In this document: piece by piece, positions 28,650 through 38,658 of the stretch
How positions within the stretch are numbered: position 1 is the first letter of the stretch
Layout of the letters: every line of letters begins with the position of its first letter
Virus record (IMG/VR): IMGVR_UViG_3300031673_000017
Location: 12,670-76,669 of that record
Strand: one strand, 5' to 3'
Origin: a virus
Taxonomy: Duplodnaviria > Caudoviricetes
DNA length: 64,000 nucleotides
Program-made: the position numbers and the translations under genes
The notes under the pieces: model-generated
The model's database searches: none
Told to the model about the DNA's origin: nothing
The model's input: only the letters and a program-made list of their open reading frames with translations

Positions 28650-29315
28650 TTAATCATCATTTGTTGTTTCAAATTCGAGCCTTGCGAGTTGTTCGTTCAA
28701 TACTAATATTTCACGCATATTTTTTGTTTTTGCTAATTTTATCTTCAATTGCTCTTTCAGCTCAATTTTATCTAATGAATTTATAAATGTATTATCTTCC
28801 ATTGTTGCTGATCTGATTTCTTCAACTTCATCAATATATTCATTTAAACTTAGATACTCCCTTGGATCTAATGCACGGTCAAAAAAATTAACGACATACG
28901 TAGAAATTCCTAATAGTTTAGCTAATTCATTATCAGACATCTTTCGACCACGTTCTTTATAATGCGTATCTCGTGGTTTTAAGATTTTATTGATTAAACT
29001 TTCAGGTGTATTGATAATAACACTTCTGTGTTTTGCATGAAATAATTCATCTTTTACAACTCTCCGCAAATGTGCCTTAAAAGAATGCTCTGGCCCAGAA
29101 CGATCTCTCTTAAACCATGAATGTACTGCTAAGACTAAAGCAAAATTCGCTATAGCCCTAATATCATCGTCGATAACATTGCCAATACTGATAAAGCTAT
29201 TTAAACATTTCAATATAGCTGGAATTAGTTTTATATTATCTTCAACAAATTGTTTTTCTGCAGACGATAATTTCCAATTTCTTTTACCCATAATGCACGC
29301 CTTGCTATTATACAC
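28650..29315 (-). CDS. Sigma-70-family RNA polymerase sigma factor (probable late-gene activator)
   Basis: FVEDNIKLI, region 2-like ALVLAV..W..DRS...FKAH...V..E, HTH ELAKLLGIS, YLSLNE; likely ATG at ~29291. Confidence 0.7.
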   Translation of the reverse strand: MYNSKACIMGKRNWKLSSAEKQFVEDNIKLIPAILKCLNSFISIGNVIDDDIRAIANFALVLAVHSWFKRDRSGPEHSFKAHLRRVVKDELFHAKHRSVIINTPESLINKILKPRDTHYKERGRKMSDNELAKLLGISTYVVNFFDRALDPREYLSLNEYIDEVEEIRSATMEDNTFINSLDKIELKEQLKIKLAKTKNMREILVLNEQLARLEFETTNDD

Positions 29316-29529
29316 ACGTCCAAATTTTCGGAAAAAACGAGATAAATCTTTTCATTTTGTGAAAATTTATTTTATGCATCGTAAGTGTAGTGTTTATAGA
29401 GACTTACAACAACAGAAATTTCGCCTGTAAAGAACTCTTCTTGGACAATAAATCTGGCTACCAGCTATATTGGGCTAATAACAGCGATTTCTAAATAACA
29501 GCAGGTTTTCACAACTTAAATTAAAGTTT

Positions 29530-29895
29530 TCAATAGTTCCAATCATCATCATCAGAAATTTCACCATCATAAATTTCATCGTCAACATATTCATCTGAAC
29601 ACTCATCACAATCTGTATCGCCAGAAAAATCTTCTGGATAATAGTAATCATCTTCGTCTTCCAAGTCAATTTCTTCATCATTTAATTCTGCAAGCTCTGC
29701 TTCGAATGCATCTTTTCCATCAGAATTTAATAATTCTCCCTCTATCCATTCCATAGCACGAGGATGGCAATCAACCGCACCATCTAATTCGTTATTTAAA
29801 GCTTTTTCTACTGTGTCCTTCCAAAACTGGAAGTATCTTTTAAATTCTGCTTGATTTAAACCAGAATTGTTAAAACAATCACTACACTTACTCAT
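29530..29895 (-). CDS. Highly acidic hypothetical protein
   Basis: C-terminal ~55 aa dominated by D/E/Y; SD GAGAGGA. Confidence 0.6.
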   Translation of the reverse strand: MSKCSDCFNNSGLNQAEFKRYFQFWKDTVEKALNNELDGAVDCHPRAMEWIEGELLNSDGKDAFEAELAELNDEEIDLEDEDDYYYPEDFSGDTDCDECSDEYVDDEIYDGEISDDDDWNY

Positions 29896-30232
29896 TTTAT
29901 GTCCTCTCGTTTTAAATTAACATAAGCGATTTGTCTACATACATATAGACAAATTTTGAAATAAGTCCACATATATGTGGATAAATCATCCATTCTTAAG
30001 AAAGTAGATTATTTCTTGCTCTTCAATGTGTTTTCTAAATGGGCAGACTTGACAAATCTTAGCTTTCTTTCTTCTTTGAATTCTACAGTTTCTATAGAAC
30101 CAGCTTTTAAAATCTATTTTTATGTCTTTCATATTTCGTTTCTCGTTTTACTTTCATTTCTTATTTTACTTTTTATATTAGATATTAGATATTTTATATG
30201 TTTTCCAAAAGATTCACGCTACTTTTAAAACA

Positions 30233-30806
30233 AAATGGGAATGATTTGGGAATGGATTAATTTTTAACTCGCGAAGGCTTAGATTATCGACGCTCGTTTT
30301 CTATAAATTTCATAAATTTTTTATAAATCAAAATATGTCTTGATCGGTACACGTGGTATTTTCTGCAAAATCTATTATCCTTCTAATTAAAATATGTGTT
30401 TTTACCACGTCGTATGATCAGTTAAATTCTGCTTTTCATTCCTTGTTTTGGGTTTGCCCGACTCCACTCCCTCTAATTTTCCCATCCATTCCCAAATCAT
30501 TCCCAAATCATTCCCATTTCATGCAGCCATTTGGGAATGGATTATCGCGTGTTTTACTATCGCCAATTGCGTTTTCACCTATCCATTCCCACATTCCCAT
30601 TTGTGGACTACATCATGGTGTACAATGGGATATTATTCAAACAACTGAAAACAAGATGATCACAGTGTGATCGCTATTGATCTGGTTTTAATTTGGGAAT
30701 GTGGGAATGGATCGAGAAAATCGCAACGGACGTAGCAAAAAATCGCGATAATCCATTCCCATATTACCTATTAAAATGGGAATGATTCGGGAATGAAATG
30801 GGAATG
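30233..30806. repeat. GGGAATG iteron array with ~330-bp imperfect palindrome (candidate replication origin)
   Basis: About 14 GGGAATG/CATTCCC copies, often 11 bp apart; nested inverted repeats across 30481-30806; non-coding, AT-rich flank. Confidence 0.7.
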
Positions 30807-30807
30807 G

Positions 30808-33099
30808 CTAAAACTCATCACCCTGTACCTGGTTTATCGCTGAAATTATACCAGAAGTTCCTTTTTTTCGCAGTCCAATCCAACATTTTACAGTTTTCCA
30901 TCCATCTATTCCAGTTTTTGTATTTGAAATTTTCAAACATACAGTTCCACGACTAATTCCATCTATAGATTCCAATGCCATGTAAAATTTTGATAATGAA
31001 AGTGGTGTTATCCCTTCTACTTCACAATATTTATTATAATAAGTTTTAACATCCTCAAGACAAGTATTCCATTTAATATTATCATCTGCTGAATTTATAT
31101 CAAAATATGTTCTCGCAAATTCTTTAACTGGATTTCCACCGCCTTCAAACCGTTTTCTTATTTCATACGATGATTTTGGCTCTATAAATCCACATTGTTC
31201 AGCAAGTTTATTACCAGCATCTAATGCTTTATTAAATAATCCAGCAAGTTCTGGCAGCCAAGTAGCTAAAATGTCAGGAATCATGTCGACACCACGCACA
31301 TAAGTGTGTGGAAAATTAAGAAACTTAAATCTATTTGATAGAGCATTTGAAAACTCCTGGATTTCAGGCGGCTGATTTCCAGCTATAATTATCTGGCATG
31401 CAAGTTTTCTACTCCAAATCTCTCCATTTTTCTTTTCTATTCTAATTGGAATTCCACATGGAATGCTTTTTAGATTTTCAACAATACTTCCATCTTGTAA
31501 ATCTCTTTTTGTAAGATTTAAATCATCGCTTATTAATAATTTAGCGTTTCTGGCTCGATATAATTCAAATGGCCGCCCAATTTTGCTTAGACTCAATGCT
31601 TCACAATTATCATACCCAATAAAATGACGCATTAACTCTAATATTTGGGTTTTTCCAGAATCTGATTCACCAATCATACAAAGAACAGATTTATATATAA
31701 ATGTGTTTTTCATATAGTAATTAAGAAACTGGAGTAGCATGTCAATGGACTCATTATCATTATTCCATTGATTAGCAAATGCTTTATCTATTTTTGGACA
31801 TTTTGCACTTTCATCATAATCGAATGGTAAAGCGTTCATTGCAATACAAGCATCCATATTTCTTGGAAATACGCAGCGTTCTGGAACATAAAAATTTGTG
31901 CTTTTCAATAAAACAATATCTGCAGGCTCATACTGCTGCAATTTTGTTGACATGTGGAATGGATTAAAAATTGGCATTGATGGATGTTCTAAAATATCTA
32001 AATCTATCTTTAATTCTCCAGATTTTAATATCATTTCTGTAAGACTTGGTGTAGGTTTAAATAATTCTTGACCATCTTTAGATTTCTTATTAAAACTTAA
32101 ACCAAAGAATTCTGTCATACTATTTAATAGCCTATTCTTAGATACTATTTTAAATAATAGTGTTTTCATATCGCCTTTAAGCCAATCACCATCATAAAAA
32201 TGAAGTGGACCTTCCTCTGGTGGATGATAAGTCTCATACCATTCTTCAAATGCAGGACGTGGATCATAATGTTCAAATGATAAACCAGTTACTTTTCCAT
32301 CTTTTATTTGTTGTCGAACGGATGCAAGTGGGAACCACTCTTCTGATTTTTGCACTAATTCTAAAAGTTGTTCTATAGTTCCACCAGCTTCGATCCAATC
32401 AGTAACATCTCCGCCTTTTTTCAAATTCGGTAATAATAATATTTTTACACTTGAGCTTTTGCCATATCTGTCATGAGCGGCAAGAAGTGCTTTTGTTTCG
32501 CCACCTGGGTCATTGTCTTGTAACACAACAACAGGTCTATGATCTAATGGAGTTGTATCTGTTTCTCCCCAGTTGTTCCACAGTGCTGAAGTTGCCGTCA
32601 GCCCTTTATATTTAAGATTACGGGCATCTTTAGAACCTTCACATAAGAATATAATATCACTTTCTTTTGTTTGTGCTACATCATATAAATTATAGAGAAT
32701 TAAGCCTATGCCTTTTACATCCCATATCCATTCCTCTTTCTTTTTACCTGGACGCCTAACTCTAAATCTATTTAGTGCTGTTTTATCATATTTAACTTCT
32801 TGGAATAGAAGATCGGCGTCTAAGTTTATGAAATCGAAAAGAGCTACTATTTTTGGTGTTGGGTATAAATCAGCAAGTTTAATTCCGATAGATGCACAAA
32901 TATCTGAGCATGCACAGCCAGCATGGCAATGTAGTGTAATTTTACCATCATCTTCTAATTTTATCCATAGACTCAGCCGTGCATCCCCATGGCATGGGCA
33001 CAAACCCATAAAGGAATGTTCTCCTTTTTCTTCCTTGCCTTGTATCTTCTTAACAACAGCATCAAAACGTTTAATATCTTCAGGCTTAATCATAATCAT
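30808..33099 (-). CDS. Primase-helicase (Zn finger + TOPRIM + SF3/D5-like helicase)
   Basis: CPCHGD...HCHAGC; FLCEGSKD...QDNDPGG...GDVTDW; Walker A GESDSGKT; IIIAGN. Confidence 0.9.
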   Translation of the reverse strand: MIMIKPEDIKRFDAVVKKIQGKEEKGEHSFMGLCPCHGDARLSLWIKLEDDGKITLHCHAGCACSDICASIGIKLADLYPTPKIVALFDFINLDADLLFQEVKYDKTALNRFRVRRPGKKKEEWIWDVKGIGLILYNLYDVAQTKESDIIFLCEGSKDARNLKYKGLTATSALWNNWGETDTTPLDHRPVVVLQDNDPGGETKALLAAHDRYGKSSSVKILLLPNLKKGGDVTDWIEAGGTIEQLLELVQKSEEWFPLASVRQQIKDGKVTGLSFEHYDPRPAFEEWYETYHPPEEGPLHFYDGDWLKGDMKTLLFKIVSKNRLLNSMTEFFGLSFNKKSKDGQELFKPTPSLTEMILKSGELKIDLDILEHPSMPIFNPFHMSTKLQQYEPADIVLLKSTNFYVPERCVFPRNMDACIAMNALPFDYDESAKCPKIDKAFANQWNNDNESIDMLLQFLNYYMKNTFIYKSVLCMIGESDSGKTQILELMRHFIGYDNCEALSLSKIGRPFELYRARNAKLLISDDLNLTKRDLQDGSIVENLKSIPCGIPIRIEKKNGEIWSRKLACQIIIAGNQPPEIQEFSNALSNRFKFLNFPHTYVRGVDMIPDILATWLPELAGLFNKALDAGNKLAEQCGFIEPKSSYEIRKRFEGGGNPVKEFARTYFDINSADDNIKWNTCLEDVKTYYNKYCEVEGITPLSLSKFYMALESIDGISRGTVCLKISNTKTGIDGWKTVKCWIGLRKKGTSGIISAINQVQGDEF

Positions 33100-33144
33100 C
33101 CAATATAATCTAAGTCGTTATCGTTTAATACTCTCAATTATAAA

Positions 33145-33648
33145 CTATTCATTAACTACACCATTATTATCACCGTAATTCTTTAATTGGTAGCACATTT
33201 CATCATACGCATTTTCTCTTGTGACTTGTGCTGGGTCATCTTTTAATCTATCAGAAAAATGCTCTCGTGTTTCTACGTTAAGATGTAATTCATTAACAAT
33301 TGTTTTGTAGATGTTCTCCCATATAGCAGCTATGTTTTTGTCTGGATGCGTATATCCAATGACTTCAGAAGCATGCATAAGATGGGCAACGAAATGAATC
33401 GGGCAGTGGTCTATATGATCATCAACAAACGATACACACGCATTCATTAAATTTTCTGGATTCGGACGACGAGCGTTAAACGAGCCTTTTGTCATTGCTG
33501 ACTTAATGCAAGCAGAGCGAATGCCTCTTACGAGAACTTTCGCAGGGCCTTCTGATAGAATGCCATCGCAATTTCTAATACAACTAATTAAAACACCTTG
33601 TTGCATCCATTGCAAATCATTAAACCATCTCTTAAGTGAACTACTCAT
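33145..33648 (-). CDS. Conserved phage hypothetical protein
   Basis: W...L.WMQQGVL...IRNCDG...K.LVR.IR...HFVAHLMHASEVIGY.HP. Confidence 0.55.
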   Translation of the reverse strand: MSSSLKRWFNDLQWMQQGVLISCIRNCDGILSEGPAKVLVRGIRSACIKSAMTKGSFNARRPNPENLMNACVSFVDDHIDHCPIHFVAHLMHASEVIGYTHPDKNIAAIWENIYKTIVNELHLNVETREHFSDRLKDDPAQVTRENAYDEMCYQLKNYGDNNGVVNE

Positions 33649-33650
33649 AA

Positions 33651-34085
33651 TTATAATACTCCATCTTTCTGAATAATAACAGGAAATTTAATACTCTTTG
33701 CCAGACAAATTTCAATCATCAATTTACAATTAACCATCATCTCTTCAGGAAGACTATCGACGTGCCACGCTTGTAGCACTTCATCTTCTACTTGAGTAAA
33801 TGGAATATATGCATCTTTACAAAAAGCACGATATATAAACACAGTTCCACCATCACACAACATCGTTATTACATGTTCAAAACCAGCACCGTCCATTTTT
33901 GTTTCTTCGCAACATTCACGAACTATAGCTTCGTTAGGCGTCTCACTTAAACCGCCTAATTTATCGCCAACTTTTCCACCTATGCCATTCCAATGTCCAG
34001 CCTGCCACTCTGGTCGTTTCTTTTGAATTAATAAAACCTCGTCGCGATGCCTATTAAATATAAATCCTAACACGTAATGTTTCAT
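33651..34085 (-). CDS. NUDIX hydrolase
   Basis: VLLIQKKRP.WQAG.WNGIGGK...ETP.EA..RECCEET Nudix box. Confidence 0.85.
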   Translation of the reverse strand: MKHYVLGFIFNRHRDEVLLIQKKRPEWQAGHWNGIGGKVGDKLGGLSETPNEAIVRECCEETKMDGAGFEHVITMLCDGGTVFIYRAFCKDAYIPFTQVEDEVLQAWHVDSLPEEMMVNCKLMIEICLAKSIKFPVIIQKDGVL

Positions 34086-34322
34086 TTAATATTCCTTCTT
34101 ATATATAAAAATTTTAAGTGGCTGCAATGGCTCATTAAAAGTTAACAAAGACAAGCCTATGTTGAATCCGAATAAAATTTTAATTCTTTCTTTTAAAGTA
34201 GGTTTCCAAACAGAAATAATTTCTCCTTTATGCCCTATAATTTTTTTAACAGGCAATGGTATATATTCAGGCTGATCTTTAGCAAATATACAGTTATAAC
34301 CTTTAAATTTTATTGGTTTCAT
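34086..34322 (-). CDS. Conserved phage hypothetical protein
   Basis: MKPIKF...N..FAKDQPEY.PLP...WK.T.KER. Confidence 0.6.
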   Translation of the reverse strand: MKPIKFKGYNCIFAKDQPEYIPLPVKKIIGHKGEIISVWKPTLKERIKILFGFNIGLSLLTFNEPLQPLKIFIYKKEY

Positions 34323-34323
34323 T

Positions 34324-34812
34324 TTATAACCCTTTCATTGGTTTTGAAACAATTGGCTTAGGAGTTTCATAATAAACTATAAACGTCGGCTTCTTAGCTT
34401 TCTTAGCCTTATTAATAGTGTCTTCAGTTCCACGAGATTTACCATCCCAGAAAGCGAGCACCACGTCACAAGCATCAACTATTAACTGGTTTCTTATAAA
34501 TCCTGCAGCCTTTCCATGAGCATCCCAATCAGGCTTAAAAATAGTCGGTTCAGTGAGTTCCCATACACTTGCAAATGTAGCACCTAATCTATCTGCACCT
34601 TTGGCACCACCAGATATAATTTCAACATCAGGAATAGCAAATTCATCGTTTTGATTCGATCTCATAAACATCGCTATATATTCTGCCATAAGATCTATAT
34701 CATTAAAATCTCTTCCACCTACAATTGCTAATTTCATCTTATACTTCCTTATTTTATTACAACATTTCATCACCCTCTCATCATCTCCTATCATATCACT
34801 ATACTTTCCCAT
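34324..34812 (-). CDS. SLOG-family (YspA/DUF2493-like) protein
   Basis: IVGGRDF, ISGGAKGAD, AAGFIRN, AFWDGKSRGT. Confidence 0.85.
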   Translation of the reverse strand: MGKYSDMIGDDERVMKCCNKIRKYKMKLAIVGGRDFNDIDLMAEYIAMFMRSNQNDEFAIPDVEIISGGAKGADRLGATFASVWELTEPTIFKPDWDAHGKAAGFIRNQLIVDACDVVLAFWDGKSRGTEDTINKAKKAKKPTFIVYYETPKPIVSKPMKGL

Positions 34813-34840
34813 ATTAACAGCCTTTCAATATTAATTTAAT

Positions 34841-36100
34841 TTAACCATAAACCCAAGCAATCCAATCAGAATAGCCCATCGGCGTTCGTTTCATAGCACA
34901 TTCAGCATCGAGGTAGAGTCGATAGTCGAACGCCTTTTTTAACTCGATGAACTTCTTTCTTTCATCTTGGTAACACTTCCGACAATACTCTGGTGCCCAA
35001 TCTTTATCTGCTAACAATGTTATAGATGGAACTTTTAATAAGTTCGCTTCTCTTAATTTTAAGCACGAGCCACATTTATCTGACATGCTCATATTTAAAT
35101 CCATTTCATCAAGCACTTCTTTAACAGCAGGTATATTCCATACACCACTCCAAGCAATATTCGAATGACATTTTGCTCCAGGAACTTCGCAATTACATAT
35201 AGCTTTCGGCTCATCAAGCATCGTTCTATCAACGTTCGAATCCATCAGACCACCGTTATTCTTAAAATCTTCATCTACCAACTTTTGTCGTTCTTCTCCC
35301 ATAGCTTCAGCTTTTAATAATTCATTAAATTCATCGTAAGTAATTTTTGGTTGAGCAAGCCAAGGAGCACAAACTATCCCATCATCTTCATTTATTTCTG
35401 TCATCATCTTTTCGATGTCATCTTCATTTTTCATAGTATTTAATTTATCTAATTCTTTCTTCAAATATTCAGTATCCATAATCACACCGTCGATTCTACC
35501 ATCAGGCATCTCTTTAATATTAGCAACATCAAAACCAGCAATGCATCTAAAGTTTGCGATAGTTCGTCCATCTTTTGTTTGTAAAGTATATCCAGTTTTA
35601 TATTTAGCCCATTGGATAATGCCAGTTAATTCTTCTGCATCATTGCCTCGCGTTTCAATTTTACATCTCATAGTATCGCCAGAATGAATATCATTGCCGT
35701 CTCTATCACAAAGGCCTATGAATTTTCGTTCGTCAAAATCAAGTAATAACTCTTCTTTTAATCTCAAATATTTTCTGTTGAGGTCGTATTTTATATTTAC
35801 TAATTTATTGAAATTATTAGTTATATTGGAAAGTTGTTGGTTAAGGACTTCATTGCTACATTTTACTAAAGTAAGCCCTTTTTTCATATAGTTATTCTCT
35901 TCTGTAAGATTGTACCATTCACCAGCATCTTTAAGGCGTAGATTCGTTAATGCACTTTCAAGTTGTTTAACTTTTAATTTTAGTCCAGCTTTTTCGTTCA
36001 TATCATGGCTCAAAGCAACATTAGAGGCCATTAAACTATCTAATTGTTTCTTTTTACCAAAAATACGGCTGTTAATTAATATTCTAAATAATTTTCTCAT
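34841..36100 (-). CDS. Mosaic hypothetical protein with coiled coil and YopX-like segment
   Basis: FIGLCDRDGNDIHSGD...GIIQW resembles the YopX motif. Confidence 0.45.
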   Translation of the reverse strand: MRKLFRILINSRIFGKKKQLDSLMASNVALSHDMNEKAGLKLKVKQLESALTNLRLKDAGEWYNLTEENNYMKKGLTLVKCSNEVLNQQLSNITNNFNKLVNIKYDLNRKYLRLKEELLLDFDERKFIGLCDRDGNDIHSGDTMRCKIETRGNDAEELTGIIQWAKYKTGYTLQTKDGRTIANFRCIAGFDVANIKEMPDGRIDGVIMDTEYLKKELDKLNTMKNEDDIEKMMTEINEDDGIVCAPWLAQPKITYDEFNELLKAEAMGEERQKLVDEDFKNNGGLMDSNVDRTMLDEPKAICNCEVPGAKCHSNIAWSGVWNIPAVKEVLDEMDLNMSMSDKCGSCLKLREANLLKVPSITLLADKDWAPEYCRKCYQDERKKFIELKKAFDYRLYLDAECAMKRTPMGYSDWIAWVYG

Positions 36101-36125
36101 TTTCTCATTTTCTCCTCAATTACAT

Positions 36126-36521
36126 TTAATAACATTTATTTAATTCTAATTCAACAAGAATATCGAGCAACGAACGTAACTCATCAAACGTCTTAATGAC
36201 TTCACCTTGAAAGTTTTCAAGCGTATATTTATATCCACACCAACTATATACTCCACCACCATCTAATTCAACACACCTTAAAACATAAACAGGCGTTCTT
36301 CTCAACTCTATCTTTGCAGCAACGCTACGTTGTAATATACTCGCTTCATACTTCTCGCATTTCAATTCTAAGAATCCCTTCCACCTACGATGAATTACTT
36401 GCAAATCCGGCCATCCAGATTTTTGCATTCTATGACCATGAAAATTCATAACAAACGCAGTTTGTTTCTCTAACTGTTTTATTACTTTTGATTGAAAACC
36501 ATTTTTACCTGTCTCTTTCAT
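36126..36521 (-). CDS. VRR-NUC/PD-(D/E)XK nuclease (Holliday junction resolvase-like)
   Basis: HG...QKSGWPDL...FLELK. Confidence 0.75.
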   Translation of the reverse strand: MKETGKNGFQSKVIKQLEKQTAFVMNFHGHRMQKSGWPDLQVIHRRWKGFLELKCEKYEASILQRSVAAKIELRRTPVYVLRCVELDGGGVYSWCGYKYTLENFQGEVIKTFDELRSLLDILVELELNKCY

Positions 36522-36674
36522 TTTACACCTTTTAAATATTCATCCAGTTAATAACTTTTGGAATTATTATACCAGCACATACTAACATTATAAATGTTAC
36601 AATAAAAAGAAGAAATTCCATCCAATTCCAATATAACCACATTATAATTTTCTTTTGAAATTTATGTTTGCTTT

Positions 36675-37037
36675 TCATTTCATCTCCTTTATTAACGCTT
36701 GTAAAAAATAAGCGTATGCCTCTTCAGAAGCATCTGTTAAATTTAAACCTCTATCCTGGAGACACCAGTGGACTGCATGAAAACACTCATGAGCAAGTAA
36801 CTCAAAACTATGATTACTGAGCCAAATCACACTAATCCAAATACCATCTTTTTTATAAACTTCAAAAGTTCCTTTAACAGATGGCCCTTTATCTGGAGCT
36901 TTTTGATCAAACTCTCCTTTAACTAATCGATTATATTTCTCACGGCTTCCTCGGAACCAATATAAATTAATTCCAAAAAGATCCATATAATAATGATTAA
37001 ATTTCATATTTGCAGTCTTGTGCTTATTTCTTGACAT
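36675..37037 (-). CDS. Small zincin-like protein
   Basis: LAHECFH HExxH and SEEAYAY. Confidence 0.6.
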   Translation of the reverse strand: MSRNKHKTANMKFNHYYMDLFGINLYWFRGSREKYNRLVKGEFDQKAPDKGPSVKGTFEVYKKDGIWISVIWLSNHSFELLAHECFHAVHWCLQDRGLNLTDASEEAYAYFLQALIKEMK

Positions 37038-37317
37038 TTAATTTCTTTCTTTTGAAATATCTTCCTTTATAAATAGGCCCACATTTCTTTATCGTTGCAT
37101 CCTCTTCAAGAATCTCAACTGTAATGCGAATCATATCTTGAGACATATCTTTAACTTTTAACTTATGTAAACAAGGAAAGTTTTTTATAGTCAACAACCC
37201 TTCCAGTTTATCTGCACCTAACCATTTGTTAAGTCTCGAATATAAGCTAAAACAGCCATACCACCGTTGGATGAAAAATTCTTTAGAACTTTTATTTTTA
37301 AGTTTATTTTCTTTCAT
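37024..37317 (-). CDS. Hypothetical protein
   Basis: Overlapping minus-strand ORF with SD. Confidence 0.4.
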   Translation of the reverse strand: MKENKLKNKSSKEFFIQRWYGCFSLYSRLNKWLGADKLEGLLTIKNFPCLHKLKVKDMSQDMIRITVEILEEDATIKKCGPIYKGRYFKRKKLNVKK

Positions 37318-37401
37318 TCAATTCCTTTCTCCCTAATGTTGTAATAGAGAAATATTCATCGTCACAAACACCAAATTTCCAACCAGAACTTACCATCAAG
37401 C

Positions 37402-37953
37402 CTAATTTACTAACTTCCGCATATCTGATGAGTCACCACAATACTGATTATTAGCAGCACGATGTACTGTATGATCAAGTATAGCTAATTGATTTTCCAT
37501 AATATCTACAATATCACCATCAACACAACATTTACGAACAATCATTAAGAGTTTGCCTAACATGTTCAACCTACTTTTGTATTTACATTTTGAACAATTA
37601 CAAACCCCCCAGTAATTATCGTGGTGATAATTTCCTTCAATTAATTCTTTTGTTAAAGTTTGTATCAACATTTTACGTAAATCTGGATTTTGAAATTTAA
37701 CATATAGAATATCAGACATTATGCTAACTTTTATCTGCTCCCAGTCTTTACGCAATAAGACACTGCGTCCTCTTCTTTTAGCCTCTTTACAAGATTGCGT
37801 TGTTCGTATGCGTTCTTGAACAATAGGATTAATGCTTTTCATAGCTTGAAAAGCATGCTCGACAGACGGCCAGATTCTTTTATCATACAACATATCAAGC
37901 CGATAAAAATTACTCAAGAATTCATATTTACCAGTAAACGATGTTATTTTCAT
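37402..37953 (-). CDS. NADAR (YbiA-like) hydrolase with fused C-terminal fragment
   Basis: FLSNFY, PSVEHAFQAMK, R.DWE..K...M...L..KF, LIEGN...D.YWG, NMLGKLLM.VR. Confidence 0.88.
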   Translation of the reverse strand: MKITSFTGKYEFLSNFYRLDMLYDKRIWPSVEHAFQAMKSINPIVQERIRTTQSCKEAKRRGRSVLLRKDWEQIKVSIMSDILYVKFQNPDLRKMLIQTLTKELIEGNYHHDNYWGVCNCSKCKYKSRLNMLGKLLMIVRKCCVDGDIVDIMENQLAILDHTVHRAANNQYCGDSSDMRKLVN

Positions 37954-37954
37954 C

Positions 37955-38227
37955 TTATCTCCTATTATTTTCCCATCTTATTTTATTATCATAACAACCT
38001 GTGTCACTATTATACACAGATCTTTTAATTGTTTGTCTTGCTGTACATCCACTTCTATGGCATGTTCGAACTCCCCAGTCTATTTTAAATCGTGGCCATG
38101 CAACATTTCTATCTAAAAAATATGCTGTATACCAGTGATGCATCCCAAGCCAACAAAGAATCTTGTCGGTCGTGTCCCATATTGTCCAGAAGTCTTTCTT
38201 TAACCATCTCTTAATTATACCATTCAT
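37955..38227 (-). CDS. Hypothetical protein
   Basis: LCWLGMHHW...C.R..C pattern. Confidence 0.4.
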   Translation of the reverse strand: MNGIIKRWLKKDFWTIWDTTDKILCWLGMHHWYTAYFLDRNVAWPRFKIDWGVRTCHRSGCTARQTIKRSVYNSDTGCYDNKIRWENNRR

Positions 38228-38658
38228 TATTCATCTTCCTTACAAGTTCTATTTTTGTATCCATCGTATGTTATAAAAGGACAATTATGGCCATAGTCGC
38301 CAAGTTCACATAACCTACAAGGCCCTCTTGGACATTCCACTTTTTGTTTTAACTTGTATCTTCGTTCTATCCACAATCCACGAATAAGCACAAAGATTAC
38401 AACTAAGCCTATTATATATTTAATCATAATACATCCAATTCTTTAATTAAGTATTTGCGTATAATGCATTAACGCAATAAACACCAACGTAAGTATTAAA
38501 AATAAAAACGCTCTTAGCACTCTTCTCCACTGAGTTAATAGCATCTTCCAACCTATTTTAGCAAATCGATCGGCGAGCAGCCACAAAACTATCAGCATAG
38601 CAACTTTTAATAAATCAAATATTATGACCATTATCTTCTTCTCTTTTCAATATCGATA

